Notes: generated by a model from the letters alone, not told the origin. Shown: positions 49,301 to 58,784, numbered from the stretch's first letter. The stretch: 64,000 nucleotides of DNA from Candidatus Ozemobacteraceae bacterium (GCA_965140445.1 OZ223236.1:4352001-4416000); one strand, 5' to 3'. Numbers and translations are program-made.

Positions 49301-50075
49301 AGAAAAAAATTGGATGCTCAATCGCTTAAAAGGCTTCGGAGCACATTCAAACAAATATGCCCTGCCAGTTGAAAAAGGAAACAAGGAATTTGCTCTTAAA
49401 ACAATTAAAGTAGCTCAAAGAGCTCCTGATAAATCTGATGAATTTACCAAAAAAGGGCTTGAAAACGCTGAAAAAGGCTTCCTGGCAAAAGCACTTGAGG
49501 ATTTTGAAAAAGCAAGAACCATTTCTCCCGAAAACCTGGAAGTGCTTTTAAATCTTGGCTTCCTGCACACAATTCAAGGCAACTTCAAAAATGCTTTTGA
49601 TGCGTTTGCTCAGGCTTCAATCAGCCATCCAGAGAGTCCACTACCTCACCTTGCACTTGGCAACCTCTATTGGCTGGGTGGGCAGGCTTCTCAAGCCATC
49701 AACTCATGGAAAAAAATAAAAGGACCGATCAACCCTGATCCGGAATTTACTTTTATTGCTCGTTCAGAAAAAGTTTGGAAACGAATGCTTGAAATCAATC
49801 CAACTGATATCGATGCTCATTCAAACCTCGGAATGGTATTCCTTTTTGCGGGCAAAACAAAAGAAGCGCTCGCAGAATTCCAGGCAGTAACATCACTGGA
49901 TAAAAATAGAAAAGAACATGATTTTTATTCAGCTCAGGCTTACGTAATTCTGTTCATTACCGAAAAGAATAAACAATACAAAAATAATGCAAAGGAAATA
50001 CTTGCTTCACTCGTAAAGGGTCCAGAACCATTCCCACACACAGAAAGGCTTTCAAGCTTTGTTAAATCACTTTAA
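46353..50075 (+). CDS. Large exported TPR protein
   Basis: Signal peptide; numerous TPRs (e.g. YNLGLSHY, HTLGWVLF). Confidence 0.88.
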   Translation: MTRKAIYIIIALLIWLPGKSMAAMDFIFEESLAKSMDRAEKLYQKGEWDEVMRISRGVLKDAPKSHPSKQRAQDLIVLSLDGKNKELIRKQNIQKLKKNKSTAKTLVDEGNKLLIEKKYESAAGKFSRAVRYESGDSQSYYLLGYALKKSGNKKGAYNAFKKCLSLNKNHSRALFHLTGLSYEFKKNREAEILSKKLIFTIEKRLEELKEIFFAQKEQQLNDKAIETTRKMASLKQNLAQATYMHGVLTEKRKDYKAALESFRKASQLNSASADVWYHLGKVLLNLNIYHQATLALEQSAFIKESRLKELRDKATQLLDSGKDDQAVAAELETRKIKAEIAKSYYALAVANGKRKETGTAIENINKAIELDPELSSARYVKAVFLAEKNRFEEALIEMRKVLKNAPPKSVQAKKAIKTMTFLMDMIARKNNPVEFAKIEKKSKTVEVNSYVKDMPGLGGKKKEVEWEEIFPQMKEIQELVTMANYPEAIRRLIYLRTKHPNIAEIHAILGNCYSIQGRYEDAELCFENAIEIQPSHAESLANLAYVYATLGKKLNKAQEMAEKALKADGLRAEFHHTLGWVLFKTGEVKKAMLSFSKAVEIKPDYILARYNLGLSHYILREYKSALDSFDFVLAKNPSHQKALLFKAISQAKTNEAEKALQTLEYLGDKLPEKSTLAKVVSDLHSKLKLAHERHAKLPIPEIQSPAPIEKLMAEAAAYRRDGLVTKAKEKYLECQRLAPERFEPYYELGEMYAKAGLNTPAVSTWQKAIAMNPNNYELQLNLGKMLHKLGKVDKARECFVKAQALGEKEAEPKYYLGLLAYEDKKFESAESHALGALRLKPRFFKSMALLGMARIRLGRLKPARDIYETLYAKAPNNSSIKQHARTKIWEITKMMAPAQFPSIEDAMDVKETIVKRVSGEKDNKKFVPQPSDEKSFKEYGKNTMTVDDKLWVLRQMEKFSSISTPSPVAPLRKTITAETLTSKEKNWMLNRLKGFGAHSNKYALPVEKGNKEFALKTIKVAQRAPDKSDEFTKKGLENAEKGFLAKALEDFEKARTISPENLEVLLNLGFLHTIQGNFKNAFDAFAQASISHPESPLPHLALGNLYWLGGQASQAINSWKKIKGPINPDPEFTFIARSEKVWKRMLEINPTDIDAHSNLGMVFLFAGKTKEALAEFQAVTSLDKNRKEHDFYSAQAYVILFITEKNKQYKNNAKEILASLVKGPEPFPHTERLSSFVKSL

Positions 50076-50085
50076 AACTAAATCT

Positions 50086-51030
50086 ATGCATTTAAAAAAA
50101 GCTATTGGTCTAATTGGCGTTTTGCTTATTCTACTTTTGCAGGCAACCCATCTTTCTGCACAAGTAGAAAACTTTGGTAACCTTGGTGACTTTGAAATTT
50201 ACTCTATGGGTGATCAAAGTAAAGCACCTCCCAAAGTTGAAGTTGAATCGCGCTTTAAACTAACTCCCAAAAATGCTCTAAACGGTGATGGACTAGGCGG
50301 ATTCTTCGTTTCGGAAACTGCCGACAAGCTTCTTCCAGATCAACTAATATTTGCTACAAGATACAAATATCATAAAATTACAGCTAACCGTGGAACGGCT
50401 TTACATTCCACAGAGGACGGATCTGTATCAACATTTGAAGGGACATTAAATTGGGTAGGAAAGTGGGCTGAATGGGCTGTTACTATCCCAATACACGATT
50501 GGAATCTTAACGCGCCAAAAACTTTTGGCGGATACCCATCAGACAACACAGGGCTTGGCAATATGAGACTGGGTTGGAAAGCCACTTATCTTCCGGACAA
50601 AAGCTACTACAGATTTGCCTATGGGGCAGTCATGACAGTTACCACTGGAAATCCAGATAGAATGCTTCCCGCAGGATCAAAGAAAAGTGATGAAATGAAG
50701 CTTTTCGGCTGTGTTACCACCAAAGAAACTGATAGAGCCACTGCCAACCTTGAATTAGGTGGCGTAATTGATTCTGAAAGTGAAGACGATAGATTCCTAT
50801 ATAGATTCGCCCTTAGCTATGAAGCTACGGAGCACGCGAGTCTGATTGGTGAATTTGCCGGAGAAGTGCTTGGTGGGGATGACAAAGACACCATGGACTT
50901 GATTGTTGGAATTAGACTTGCCCCAACCAGAAACTTCACATTAGAAATCGCATATTACAAAAATCTAAGAACCTACCGAGAATACGGCTGGGATGATCAA
51001 CTTCAGTTGGGAACCACAATAAAGTGGTAA
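50086..51030 (+). CDS. Putative outer-membrane beta-barrel protein
   Basis: Signal peptide; alternating amphipathic strands; C-terminal LGTTIKW. Confidence 0.6.
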   Translation: MHLKKAIGLIGVLLILLLQATHLSAQVENFGNLGDFEIYSMGDQSKAPPKVEVESRFKLTPKNALNGDGLGGFFVSETADKLLPDQLIFATRYKYHKITANRGTALHSTEDGSVSTFEGTLNWVGKWAEWAVTIPIHDWNLNAPKTFGGYPSDNTGLGNMRLGWKATYLPDKSYYRFAYGAVMTVTTGNPDRMLPAGSKKSDEMKLFGCVTTKETDRATANLELGGVIDSESEDDRFLYRFALSYEATEHASLIGEFAGEVLGGDDKDTMDLIVGIRLAPTRNFTLEIAYYKNLRTYREYGWDDQLQLGTTIKW

Positions 51031-51037
51031 ATTGAGA

Positions 51038-52618
51038 TCAGGGGCGAACTCTTCCTTTGAGTTCCTTGATCATTTCTTGAGCAATTACCCATTCCTGTGA
51101 TTTTTCAGGGGCTTTCCCCAGAATCTTATCAAACTGTAGCAAAGCCATTTTTCCCGCTTCCTGATCACCTTTTAAAAGCAAAAGGTCTGTATAGGAATTT
51201 GCGCTCTTCATCAGGAGTCTGATATTATCAGGATCTTTATCAAGTCCGGTTTTAAGAACAGCAATCGCATCAGCTTGTCTGCTTGAGCGACTCAGCTTAT
51301 CAGCTTCATCAATAATCTGGTCGACATTCATCCTTTTTAACAGGAATTCGCTAGGCTTTTGAACAACTTCTTGTCCACTTTCCTGGCCACTTGCAGCCAT
51401 TTCCCGAGCAGCGGCTGCGGCGGCAGCTTCTTCTTTGGCCAGTTTTTCCATTTCTTTTCTTTGAGCTAATTCAGCCTCGTATCTTTGCGTAATTCTTAAA
51501 GCTTCTTTTTCAAATAAAGAGTCTCCTGTTTTGCCATTTGACTTTTGCTGTTCGAGATAGCCTCGCATATCAAGAGCTGCAAGCTCAAGATTACCAGAAA
51601 CTGAAACAAGGAATCCGCGATAAAAAAGGCCATCCTCAATTCTATTTGGGCGATCTTTTAAAAAACCCAATCCCTTCTTTATCAGATCTCCCTCTGGTTC
51701 TGCAAGGAACTCCCGGTCAGCAATAACGCATCTGGCATAAAGTTCAATGGCTCTTTCAATTTTATTTTCTTCTAAAGCTTCCATGGCTTGATTAAAAATT
51801 GCTGCCACAGGACCTTTTCTTCTGGTTCTAACTTTTTCAGGTTTTTTCTTTTTACTTTCAATTAGTTTACTGGAAATTTTTTCGGGCTCAGGAGTTGCTT
51901 TGGCAACATCAACTTTTCTTGTGGTAGTCGGAGTAGCCTTTTGGGAAGGAACGACTTGAGTTTCTCCACCTCCGTAAGTATGAGGCTGGGAAGATGTTCC
52001 ATCAGCAATTAAAATTTTAGAATCTGGCATTGAAGGTAGCATGGGTACAGTGCCCGCTCCGCCCTCAGTGAGATTTCTTAATCTTTGCAAAGCCTGTGTA
52101 AATCCCGGATTTAAAGATAGAGCTCTTCCGTAGCTTTCTCTGGCTTCCTGCATCAATCCCATTGATTCATAACAAAGTCCCATATTATAGGGTACCCAAT
52201 AAGAATCAGGATCAATCCTTTGGGCTTGCTGATAACAATGAATACTGTCTCTAAATTGGCCACTCTTTTTGTAAAGAATTCCTAGATTGTTGTATGCATG
52301 GAAGTTATTAGGATCAACTCTAAGTAGGGAAAAATAGGTTTCTACAGCTTTTATAAAATTATTCTGTAGACTATATTCCATAGCCAAATGTAACATGGCT
52401 TCTTTGTCAGAAGGCTTCTCTATCAGCCTCTGTTGAAGCTGATAGATTTTGCCTGAATTTACTGCAGCATCAATTCCTGATGAATAAAAGGCCAGACAAA
52501 AACACACCGCAAGTATTTTCAACCTGCGGGGTTCTAATGTTTTAAAAATTAGTAAAACAAAGTCTGACTCAGCGAGCTTCGACCAGAAATTTAATTGCTG
52601 TTTTTTCGTTACCATCAA
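51038..52618 (-). CDS. TPR protein (true start probably nearer 52522)
   Basis: AYNNLGILY and YNMGLCY TPRs; signal-like LAVCFCLAF. Confidence 0.8.
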   Translation of the reverse strand: MMVTKKQQLNFWSKLAESDFVLLIFKTLEPRRLKILAVCFCLAFYSSGIDAAVNSGKIYQLQQRLIEKPSDKEAMLHLAMEYSLQNNFIKAVETYFSLLRVDPNNFHAYNNLGILYKKSGQFRDSIHCYQQAQRIDPDSYWVPYNMGLCYESMGLMQEARESYGRALSLNPGFTQALQRLRNLTEGGAGTVPMLPSMPDSKILIADGTSSQPHTYGGGETQVVPSQKATPTTTRKVDVAKATPEPEKISSKLIESKKKKPEKVRTRRKGPVAAIFNQAMEALEENKIERAIELYARCVIADREFLAEPEGDLIKKGLGFLKDRPNRIEDGLFYRGFLVSVSGNLELAALDMRGYLEQQKSNGKTGDSLFEKEALRITQRYEAELAQRKEMEKLAKEEAAAAAAAREMAASGQESGQEVVQKPSEFLLKRMNVDQIIDEADKLSRSSRQADAIAVLKTGLDKDPDNIRLLMKSANSYTDLLLLKGDQEAGKMALLQFDKILGKAPEKSQEWVIAQEMIKELKGRVRP

Positions 52619-52829
52619 TATCTATTTTTGCAAATGCTATAAGGGTTATCAGTTCAATCCCCTTGGGTGCTACGTATCCACGAGTTACCGCTATTGATTT
52701 TACAGCCTGATTAACTGCACCGGCGCCGACTGCAAGCAGCTCAACCTGCTTATCTTGCTCAAGAACTGCTGCTATTGCACCAGCAACCGATTTAGGGTTA
52801 GAAGATGATGCGACTCTAAGTATTTCCAT
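52569..52829 (-). CDS. spoVS: Stage V sporulation protein S family
   Basis: SNPKSVAGAIA...GAGAVNQAVKSIAVTRGYVAP. Confidence 0.93.
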   Translation of the reverse strand: MEILRVASSSNPKSVAGAIAAVLEQDKQVELLAVGAGAVNQAVKSIAVTRGYVAPKGIELITLIAFAKIDIDGNEKTAIKFLVEAR

Positions 52830-52936
52830 TGGGTGCCTCTCCTTGGTTCTTTAGTTTCCTTTGACCCTTTCCTAATCAAAATTATACTCATAAAAATACA
52901 ATTATTGCAAATCCAATTTCCAGTAAAACTAAAAAT

Positions 52937-52965
52937 AAAAAAGCCCCCTCTAAGAGGGGACTTTT
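52937..52965 (-). terminator. Terminator after fabF
   Basis: Minus strand AAAAGTCCCCTC-TTA-GAGGGGGCTTTTTT. Confidence 0.85.
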
Positions 52966-52978
52966 CTAACAAATTTAC

Positions 52979-54220
52979 TTAATCAACTCGGCCATAAAGA
53001 AGACTGGCATTTTGCCCGCCAAAGCCAAATGAGTTAACAATTCCACATTCAATTTTGCGCTCTTTTGCTTTCAAAGGAGTAAGATCAAGGTCAAGAAGCT
53101 CATCATCAATGTTTTCAAGATTTACTGTTGGATGAACAAAATTGCCCTTCATCTGCATTATTGTGGCAACAGAACCTAGTGCTCCTGCCGCGCCAAGCAA
53201 ATGACCAACCATTGATTTGGTAGAGTTTATTGAAACATCTCCAATTTTGTCTCCGAATACTCTTCTAACGGCTTTCATTTCAGCAAGATCACCTATTGGA
53301 GTGCTTGTACCATGAGCGTTCAAATAATTAATCCTGGAAACATCCGTTTTGTTCATGTTTATGGCTTTTGACATTGCTGCGAATCCACCATCTCCATCAG
53401 GATGTGGAGCTGTCAAATGGTAAGCATCTGCGCTTGCCCCATAACCCAGGACTTCAGCATGCAGTTTAACTCCACGCCTTTTCGCGCTTTCTTCGCTTTC
53501 GATTACCATTACTGCAGAGCCTTCGCCCATAACAAAGCCATCTCTGTTCTTATCAAAAGGTCTTGAAGCTCTTTCAGGTTCATCGTTGCGCGTAGAGAGA
53601 GCTTTCATTTTCGCAAAGCCAGCAACTGTTAAAGGGGTAATAGCAGATTCTGCACCGCCGCAGATCATAATGTCTACTTCACCGCTTAATATTTTTAGAT
53701 ATGCTTCACCAATTCCGTGTAAACCTGAAGCACAGGCTGAAACAACACAAAAATTGGGGCCTTTAAAATTATAGGCCATTGCAATACAACCTGCTGAAAT
53801 ATTACAAATCATCATTGGAACAAGAAAAGGGCTTACTCTTGATGGGCCAGAGGCCAAAATATTATCATATTCTTTTTCAAAAGTATGAATTCCACCAATT
53901 CCTGTAGAAACAAGAACACCGGCTTTATCTGGATCAAAATCTCCGCCCTTATCAAGGCCTGCGTCTTCTATAGCCATTTTAGCAGCTGCCATTGCAAGCT
54001 GAGAATATCTATCGTGTCTCCTTGCTTCCTTTTTAGGAAGATAGAGTTCAGGGTCAAAGTCCTTAACTTCTCCAGCAATTTGTACACTATGTTTGCTAGC
54101 GTCAAATGCTGTAATTGGACCGATCCCGCTTTTGCCATTTCTGAGATTTTCAGTGAAGCTGTCAATCCCTATCCCTATTGGGGTTACAGCCCCCAGCCCA
54201 GTAACAAAAACGCGTTTCAT
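52979..54220 (-). CDS. fabF: 3-oxoacyl-ACP synthase II
   Basis: SACASG, NAHGTST, GHLLGAAG and NSFGFGG motifs. Confidence 0.96.
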   Translation of the reverse strand: MKRVFVTGLGAVTPIGIGIDSFTENLRNGKSGIGPITAFDASKHSVQIAGEVKDFDPELYLPKKEARRHDRYSQLAMAAAKMAIEDAGLDKGGDFDPDKAGVLVSTGIGGIHTFEKEYDNILASGPSRVSPFLVPMMICNISAGCIAMAYNFKGPNFCVVSACASGLHGIGEAYLKILSGEVDIMICGGAESAITPLTVAGFAKMKALSTRNDEPERASRPFDKNRDGFVMGEGSAVMVIESEESAKRRGVKLHAEVLGYGASADAYHLTAPHPDGDGGFAAMSKAINMNKTDVSRINYLNAHGTSTPIGDLAEMKAVRRVFGDKIGDVSINSTKSMVGHLLGAAGALGSVATIMQMKGNFVHPTVNLENIDDELLDLDLTPLKAKERKIECGIVNSFGFGGQNASLLYGRVD

Positions 54221-54345
54221 TAAACTGGCCCTCCTTGTGAAATCTTTTGTGAATTAAAAAAGGTTGTATCAGAATTTTCCGATTTCAGCAAGCTCTAAAA
54301 AAGCCAACCAATTTGGAAAATTATAATACAACCCTTCAAATTCAG

Positions 54346-55299
54346 CTATTCTTTTGGCTCAAGACCATCAAAAAACATATGGAAAATATCTTTAACAGAT
54401 AAGATTTCCTTTATCTTGTGGACACCTTCGCCTGCAAAAACCAATCCCTTATCAAGATCTCCTTTGCTAGCTGAAATAAGAGCCTGGATAATGCAAAACC
54501 GTCTTGAACACTTTTTCAAGCATCCTCCACAGTTCTTAACTCTATCGTCGCCCAGAGCATCCACATTCTCAGTAAATGGTGTGGGAAGTGAATTTCCCGG
54601 TAACCCAACAGGACTATTTATTCTGAAAACATCTCCCTCTTCAGCCTTTAGATAAGTCTGATAAAAAGGTTCTGTGACGTTAGCTTCAAAGCTGGCGGCA
54701 AATCTGGTACCACATTGAATGCCGTCTACTCCAAACTCAAAGGTAGATATCAAATCTTCCCTGGTGTAAACTCCACCAGCAAGAATAACTGGAATATCTA
54801 CACTTGCTTTTACTTCAGGATAAATATCTCGGGCAAGTCGATCCGAGCCGATATGCCCTCCTGCTTCACTTCCCTCTACAATTACTGCCGAAGCGCCTAG
54901 TTTTTCTGAAAGAATTGCGACCCTTCCGCTAGAAACAATTGGTACCACTGGTACGTCATTGGCGCGGCCAAGTTCAAAAATATCCTTAGAAAAACCAGCT
55001 CCTGCTACAAGCACGTCAATTCCTTCTTCAACTGCAGCACGCATTACAGAAGTAAAACAGCTTGCGGCAACCATGGTATTTATACCCACAATTCCGCCAT
55101 TTGCGATTTCTCTTGCCACACGGATCTGGGCTCGAATATCTTCAGCGTCAGTGCCAGAGCCGGCGATAAGACCTATGCCGCCCTCTCTTGCAACAGCTCC
55201 TGCGAGCTCTCCTGTAGACACTCTAATCGCCATCCCACCTTGAATAAGCGGGAACCTCGGCCGTAATTTGCCAATTTTAAGGCGTGGCAATATTTTCAC
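54346..55299 (-). CDS. FabK/nitronate-monooxygenase family flavoprotein with Cys cluster (FabX-like)
   Basis: IQGGM, AGGH, AGG and CGTRF motifs; CGGCLKKCSRRFC. Confidence 0.8.
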   Translation of the reverse strand: MKILPRLKIGKLRPRFPLIQGGMAIRVSTGELAGAVAREGGIGLIAGSGTDAEDIRAQIRVAREIANGGIVGINTMVAASCFTSVMRAAVEEGIDVLVAGAGFSKDIFELGRANDVPVVPIVSSGRVAILSEKLGASAVIVEGSEAGGHIGSDRLARDIYPEVKASVDIPVILAGGVYTREDLISTFEFGVDGIQCGTRFAASFEANVTEPFYQTYLKAEEGDVFRINSPVGLPGNSLPTPFTENVDALGDDRVKNCGGCLKKCSRRFCIIQALISASKGDLDKGLVFAGEGVHKIKEILSVKDIFHMFFDGLEPKE

Positions 55300-55356
55300 T
55301 TAAGATCTCCAACAGTTGAAAATGGCTTTTGGCCTGTAATCTTTGATTTTTAGAAA

Positions 55357-55593
55357 CTAGCCTTTTTTTGCAGTAACGTAATCAACTGCATCTTTAACTG
55401 TTCTAAGCTTTTCTGCGTCTTCATCTGGAATTTCAATTTCAAAATGTTCTTCGAGATCCATTACAAGTTCTACAGTATCAAGGCTGTCTGCGCCAAGATC
55501 TTCAATGAAGCTAGCTTCAAGAGTAACTTGTTTTTCATCGACCTGGAGTTTTTCCACTACGATTCTTTTAATTTCTTCAAAATAATTGCTCAT
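55357..55593 (-). CDS. acpP: Acyl carrier protein
   Basis: [14 protein letters not shown]. Confidence 0.97.
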   Translation of the reverse strand: MSNYFEEIKRIVVEKLQVDEKQVTLEASFIEDLGADSLDTVELVMDLEEHFEIEIPDEDAEKLRTVKDAVDYVTAKKG

Positions 55594-55623
55594 TATAAAT
55601 TTTCCTCCTGAGTTTTAAGCCGA

Positions 55624-56382
55624 TCAGGCCATTACCATGCCACCATCGACTGTTAATACCTGACCAGTGATGTAAGATGCTTTATTAGATGCTAGGAAAG
55701 ACACTGCATTTGCAACATCTCTCGGATTTCCGAATGTATTCATAGGAATCTGGGCCAACATTTGATCTTTAACATTATCAGTTAGAACATCTGTCATATC
55801 AGATTTAATGAATCCAGGGGCGATCGCATTGGAACGAATACCTTTGCGACCAAATTCTTTAGCAAAACTTTTAGTAAAACCAATAATACCTGCTTTACTA
55901 GCAGCATAATTGGCCTGCCCTGCGTTACCCATAAGGCCAATCACAGAAGCAATATTTATTACGGAGCCGCCCTTTTGTTTAAGCATTGGCCTAACAACCG
56001 CTTTTGACATAAGGAAAGTTCCTTTTAAATTGATTTTAAGCACCAGATCCCATTGATCTTCACTCATTCTCATCAAAAGGCCGTCACGAGTAATACCGGC
56101 GTTATTAACAAGAACATCAATTCTTCCAAGTTCTTTAATTGTTTCTGATACAAGTCGATCTGCATCTTCTGCACTCGACACATCAGCTTTACAAATTCCA
56201 ACCTTGTAACCTTTTGAGCCAAGCTCCTCTTTTGCCTTTTGCAGGCCTTCCTCATTAACGTCTGAGAGCATCACGGCATAGCCATCTTCACACATAACTC
56301 TGGCTATCTCAAAACCGATGCCTCGAGCAGAACCCGTTACGATTGCTACTTTCTCAGCACTATTTTCCTGATTTTTTTCCAT
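55624..56382 (-). CDS. fabG: 3-oxoacyl-ACP reductase
   Basis: TGSARGIG, NNAGITRD and YAASK motifs. Confidence 0.96.
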   Translation of the reverse strand: MEKNQENSAEKVAIVTGSARGIGFEIARVMCEDGYAVMLSDVNEEGLQKAKEELGSKGYKVGICKADVSSAEDADRLVSETIKELGRIDVLVNNAGITRDGLLMRMSEDQWDLVLKINLKGTFLMSKAVVRPMLKQKGGSVINIASVIGLMGNAGQANYAASKAGIIGFTKSFAKEFGRKGIRSNAIAPGFIKSDMTDVLTDNVKDQMLAQIPMNTFGNPRDVANAVSFLASNKASYITGQVLTVDGGMVMA

Positions 56383-56542
56383 TGTAACCTCAAATTCTTT
56401 TTTTAGAAACGAAGTCGCTGTTAATACCGCTTTTTATACCCGGTTGTCAAGTCAAAGACAAAAACAATAGCAAAGTTTGCAATAAAAGCTACTTTAGCCT
56501 TCATTTTTTTGTGGGTATAAGTAATCTAACAGGAACTTGCTA

Positions 56543-57496
56543 TCACCTTGAAGCTGGTCTGAATCCCTGCAGTCTCTCAAAGGCAGAATAGTAATCTTCC
56601 TCAAGACTTTGGAGAATCTCGGCTGCAGTTTCTTCCTTTTTAAGCAAACCGCTAATCTGACCCGCCATAACAGAACCTTCAGTAGTATCGCCATCAATAG
56701 CGGATAGTTTTAATCTACCGCGTCCCATTTCTTCAAGTTCTTCAACCGAAGCTCCTGCATATTCTTTTTCGAGAAAATGCTTAGTCAGCTTATTCCTGAT
56801 AACTCTAACAGGATGCCCGGTTTTCACACCAGTCATGACAGTATCACGATCTTTTGCCTTTAAAACCGCTTCTTTATAATTTTTATGAGCATGGCATTCT
56901 TTTGCCAGAATAAAACGTGTGCCCATCTGAACAGCGTCTGCGCCAAGTGCAAAAGCTGCTGCAATACCACGGCCATCAGCAATTCCACCAGCTGCAATAA
57001 CAGGAATATCAACAGCATCTGCAATCTGAGGGATTAAAACCATAGTAGTGATCTCACCAACATGTCCACCAGATTCATGGCCTTCTGCAATTACTGCGTC
57101 GACTCCAGCTCTTTCAAGCCTTTTTGCAAGCGCAACAGAAGAAACAACAGGAATAACTTTGATTCCATGCTCTTTAAACCTTTTGACAAAAGGTCCAGGA
57201 TTTCCTGCACCAGTTGTAACTACTGGAACTTTTTCTTCAATACAAACTTCTACAACTCCAGGCGCCGTAGGCATCATTAACATGATATTCACGCCAAAAG
57301 GTTTACTGGTAAGAGATTTGATTTTCCTGATCTCCTGTGCAACCATCTCAGGTTCCATAGATCCTGCGCCAAGTACACCTAAGCCACCAGCTTCGCTGAC
57401 AGCGGCAACAAGATTAGCAGAACTAACCCAAGCCATTCCACCCTGGAAAATTGGATATTCAACTCCCAACAGTTTAGTTACTCTTGTTTCTATCAT
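56543..57496 (-). CDS. fabK: Enoyl-ACP reductase II
   Basis: FQGGMAW, ESGGHVG, AAGGIADGRG and GSVMAGQ motifs. Confidence 0.9.
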   Translation of the reverse strand: MIETRVTKLLGVEYPIFQGGMAWVSSANLVAAVSEAGGLGVLGAGSMEPEMVAQEIRKIKSLTSKPFGVNIMLMMPTAPGVVEVCIEEKVPVVTTGAGNPGPFVKRFKEHGIKVIPVVSSVALAKRLERAGVDAVIAEGHESGGHVGEITTMVLIPQIADAVDIPVIAAGGIADGRGIAAAFALGADAVQMGTRFILAKECHAHKNYKEAVLKAKDRDTVMTGVKTGHPVRVIRNKLTKHFLEKEYAGASVEELEEMGRGRLKLSAIDGDTTEGSVMAGQISGLLKKEETAAEILQSLEEDYYSAFERLQGFRPASR

Positions 57497-57576
57497 AACT
57501 TCAGAGGTTCTCCCGTTGTTATTATCTTTATGGAATAAATTATAGCTGCCTGTAAGAAAACAAAAAAAGCAAAAAC

Positions 57577-58581
57577 TTACGCTTTTGCTTTTTTAGAATT
57601 TTCTTCTTTAACTCTGCTTTCAATTAACCCAATAACATTATTTTCAGCATATTTTTCGGCTAACCTAATTGCATTGGCTATTACAGGAGCCTTTGATTTA
57701 CCGTGGCAAACCACCGAGACACCATTTATTCCGAGTAAGGGCGCTCCGCTGTATTCGGGAGCGTCAGGGCTAAATCTTCTTAAACCAGATTTTAGGCCCA
57801 TCATGGCGTCTTCTGGCAAACCAATTCCCATGGCTGCCTTAAAAAGTGCGCCTTGAATAAGTTCTGAAATACTTTCGCTAGCTTTAAGCAAAACATTTCC
57901 TACAAAACCATCACAAACAACCACATCAGCTTTTCCATAATAAAGGTGATCGGCTTCAATGTTTCCGATGAAATTTAAATCGCTGTTTTTAAGTATTTCA
58001 AAAACTGATTTTGTTAATTCGTTTCCTTTAGACTCTTCCTCGCCAATGCTGAGAATACCAACCGTGGGTCGGTCAACACCGCAAACCTTTTCATAGTAAG
58101 CGGCTCCCATTACAGCAAATTGAACAAGTTGCTGAGGTCTACAATCTACGTTTGCACCTACATCCAGGAGCAAAGCTCCACGATCTTTAGCAGTAGGCAA
58201 AAAAACAGAAATGGCAGGTCTTTCAATCCCAGGAATACGACCAATTTCCATTAAGGAAGCAGCCATTTGAGCACCAGTGCTTCCGGCTGAAACTAGCGCT
58301 GAAGCACGACCTTCCTTGACAAGACGAGCCGCCACCGCGATAGAAGCATTTCTCTTCTTGCGAAGAGCTTGCATTGGTGCTTCATCCATACCAATAACAT
58401 CTGAAGCATCGTGAATTTCACAATTCTCCGGAAGTTCTGGCAAGAATTCGCGGATGGCGGATTCTTTTCCTACCAAAATCAGGCCAGCCCCACCCTCTTT
58501 GAGGTATTGGCTAGCGCCCAGAACGATCTCGCGGGGGGCTAAATCCCCGCCCATTACGTCAACAGCGATTTTCATTCGCAT
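57577..58581 (-). CDS. plsX: Phosphate acyltransferase
   Basis: IAVDVMGGD, SAGSTGA, DVGANVD and DGFVGN motifs. Confidence 0.96.
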   Translation of the reverse strand: MRMKIAVDVMGGDLAPREIVLGASQYLKEGGAGLILVGKESAIREFLPELPENCEIHDASDVIGMDEAPMQALRKKRNASIAVAARLVKEGRASALVSAGSTGAQMAASLMEIGRIPGIERPAISVFLPTAKDRGALLLDVGANVDCRPQQLVQFAVMGAAYYEKVCGVDRPTVGILSIGEEESKGNELTKSVFEILKNSDLNFIGNIEADHLYYGKADVVVCDGFVGNVLLKASESISELIQGALFKAAMGIGLPEDAMMGLKSGLRRFSPDAPEYSGAPLLGINGVSVVCHGKSKAPVIANAIRLAEKYAENNVIGLIESRVKEENSKKAKA

Positions 58582-58595
58582 TGCGCAACCAACGA

Positions 58596-58784
58596 TCAGG
58601 ATTTTTCTACGTCGAGAACCTTAACTTTCTTGCCGTAATAACCGCAAGAAGGGCACACTCTGTGAGCTCTTTTAGTTTCAAAGCACTGTGCGCATTTAGC
58701 TAATGCAACTGGCGCAGCCTTGTAGTGTGTACGTCTTTTTCTGGTTCTTAACTTGGAAACTCTATTTTTAGGACAGGCACCCAT
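58596..58784 (-). CDS. rpmF: 50S ribosomal protein L32 (zinc-ribbon type)
   Basis: CPKNRVSK...CAQC...HRVCPSCGYY; GGAGG RBS. Confidence 0.95.
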   Translation of the reverse strand: MGACPKNRVSKLRTRKRRTHYKAAPVALAKCAQCFETKRAHRVCPSCGYYGKKVKVLDVEKS

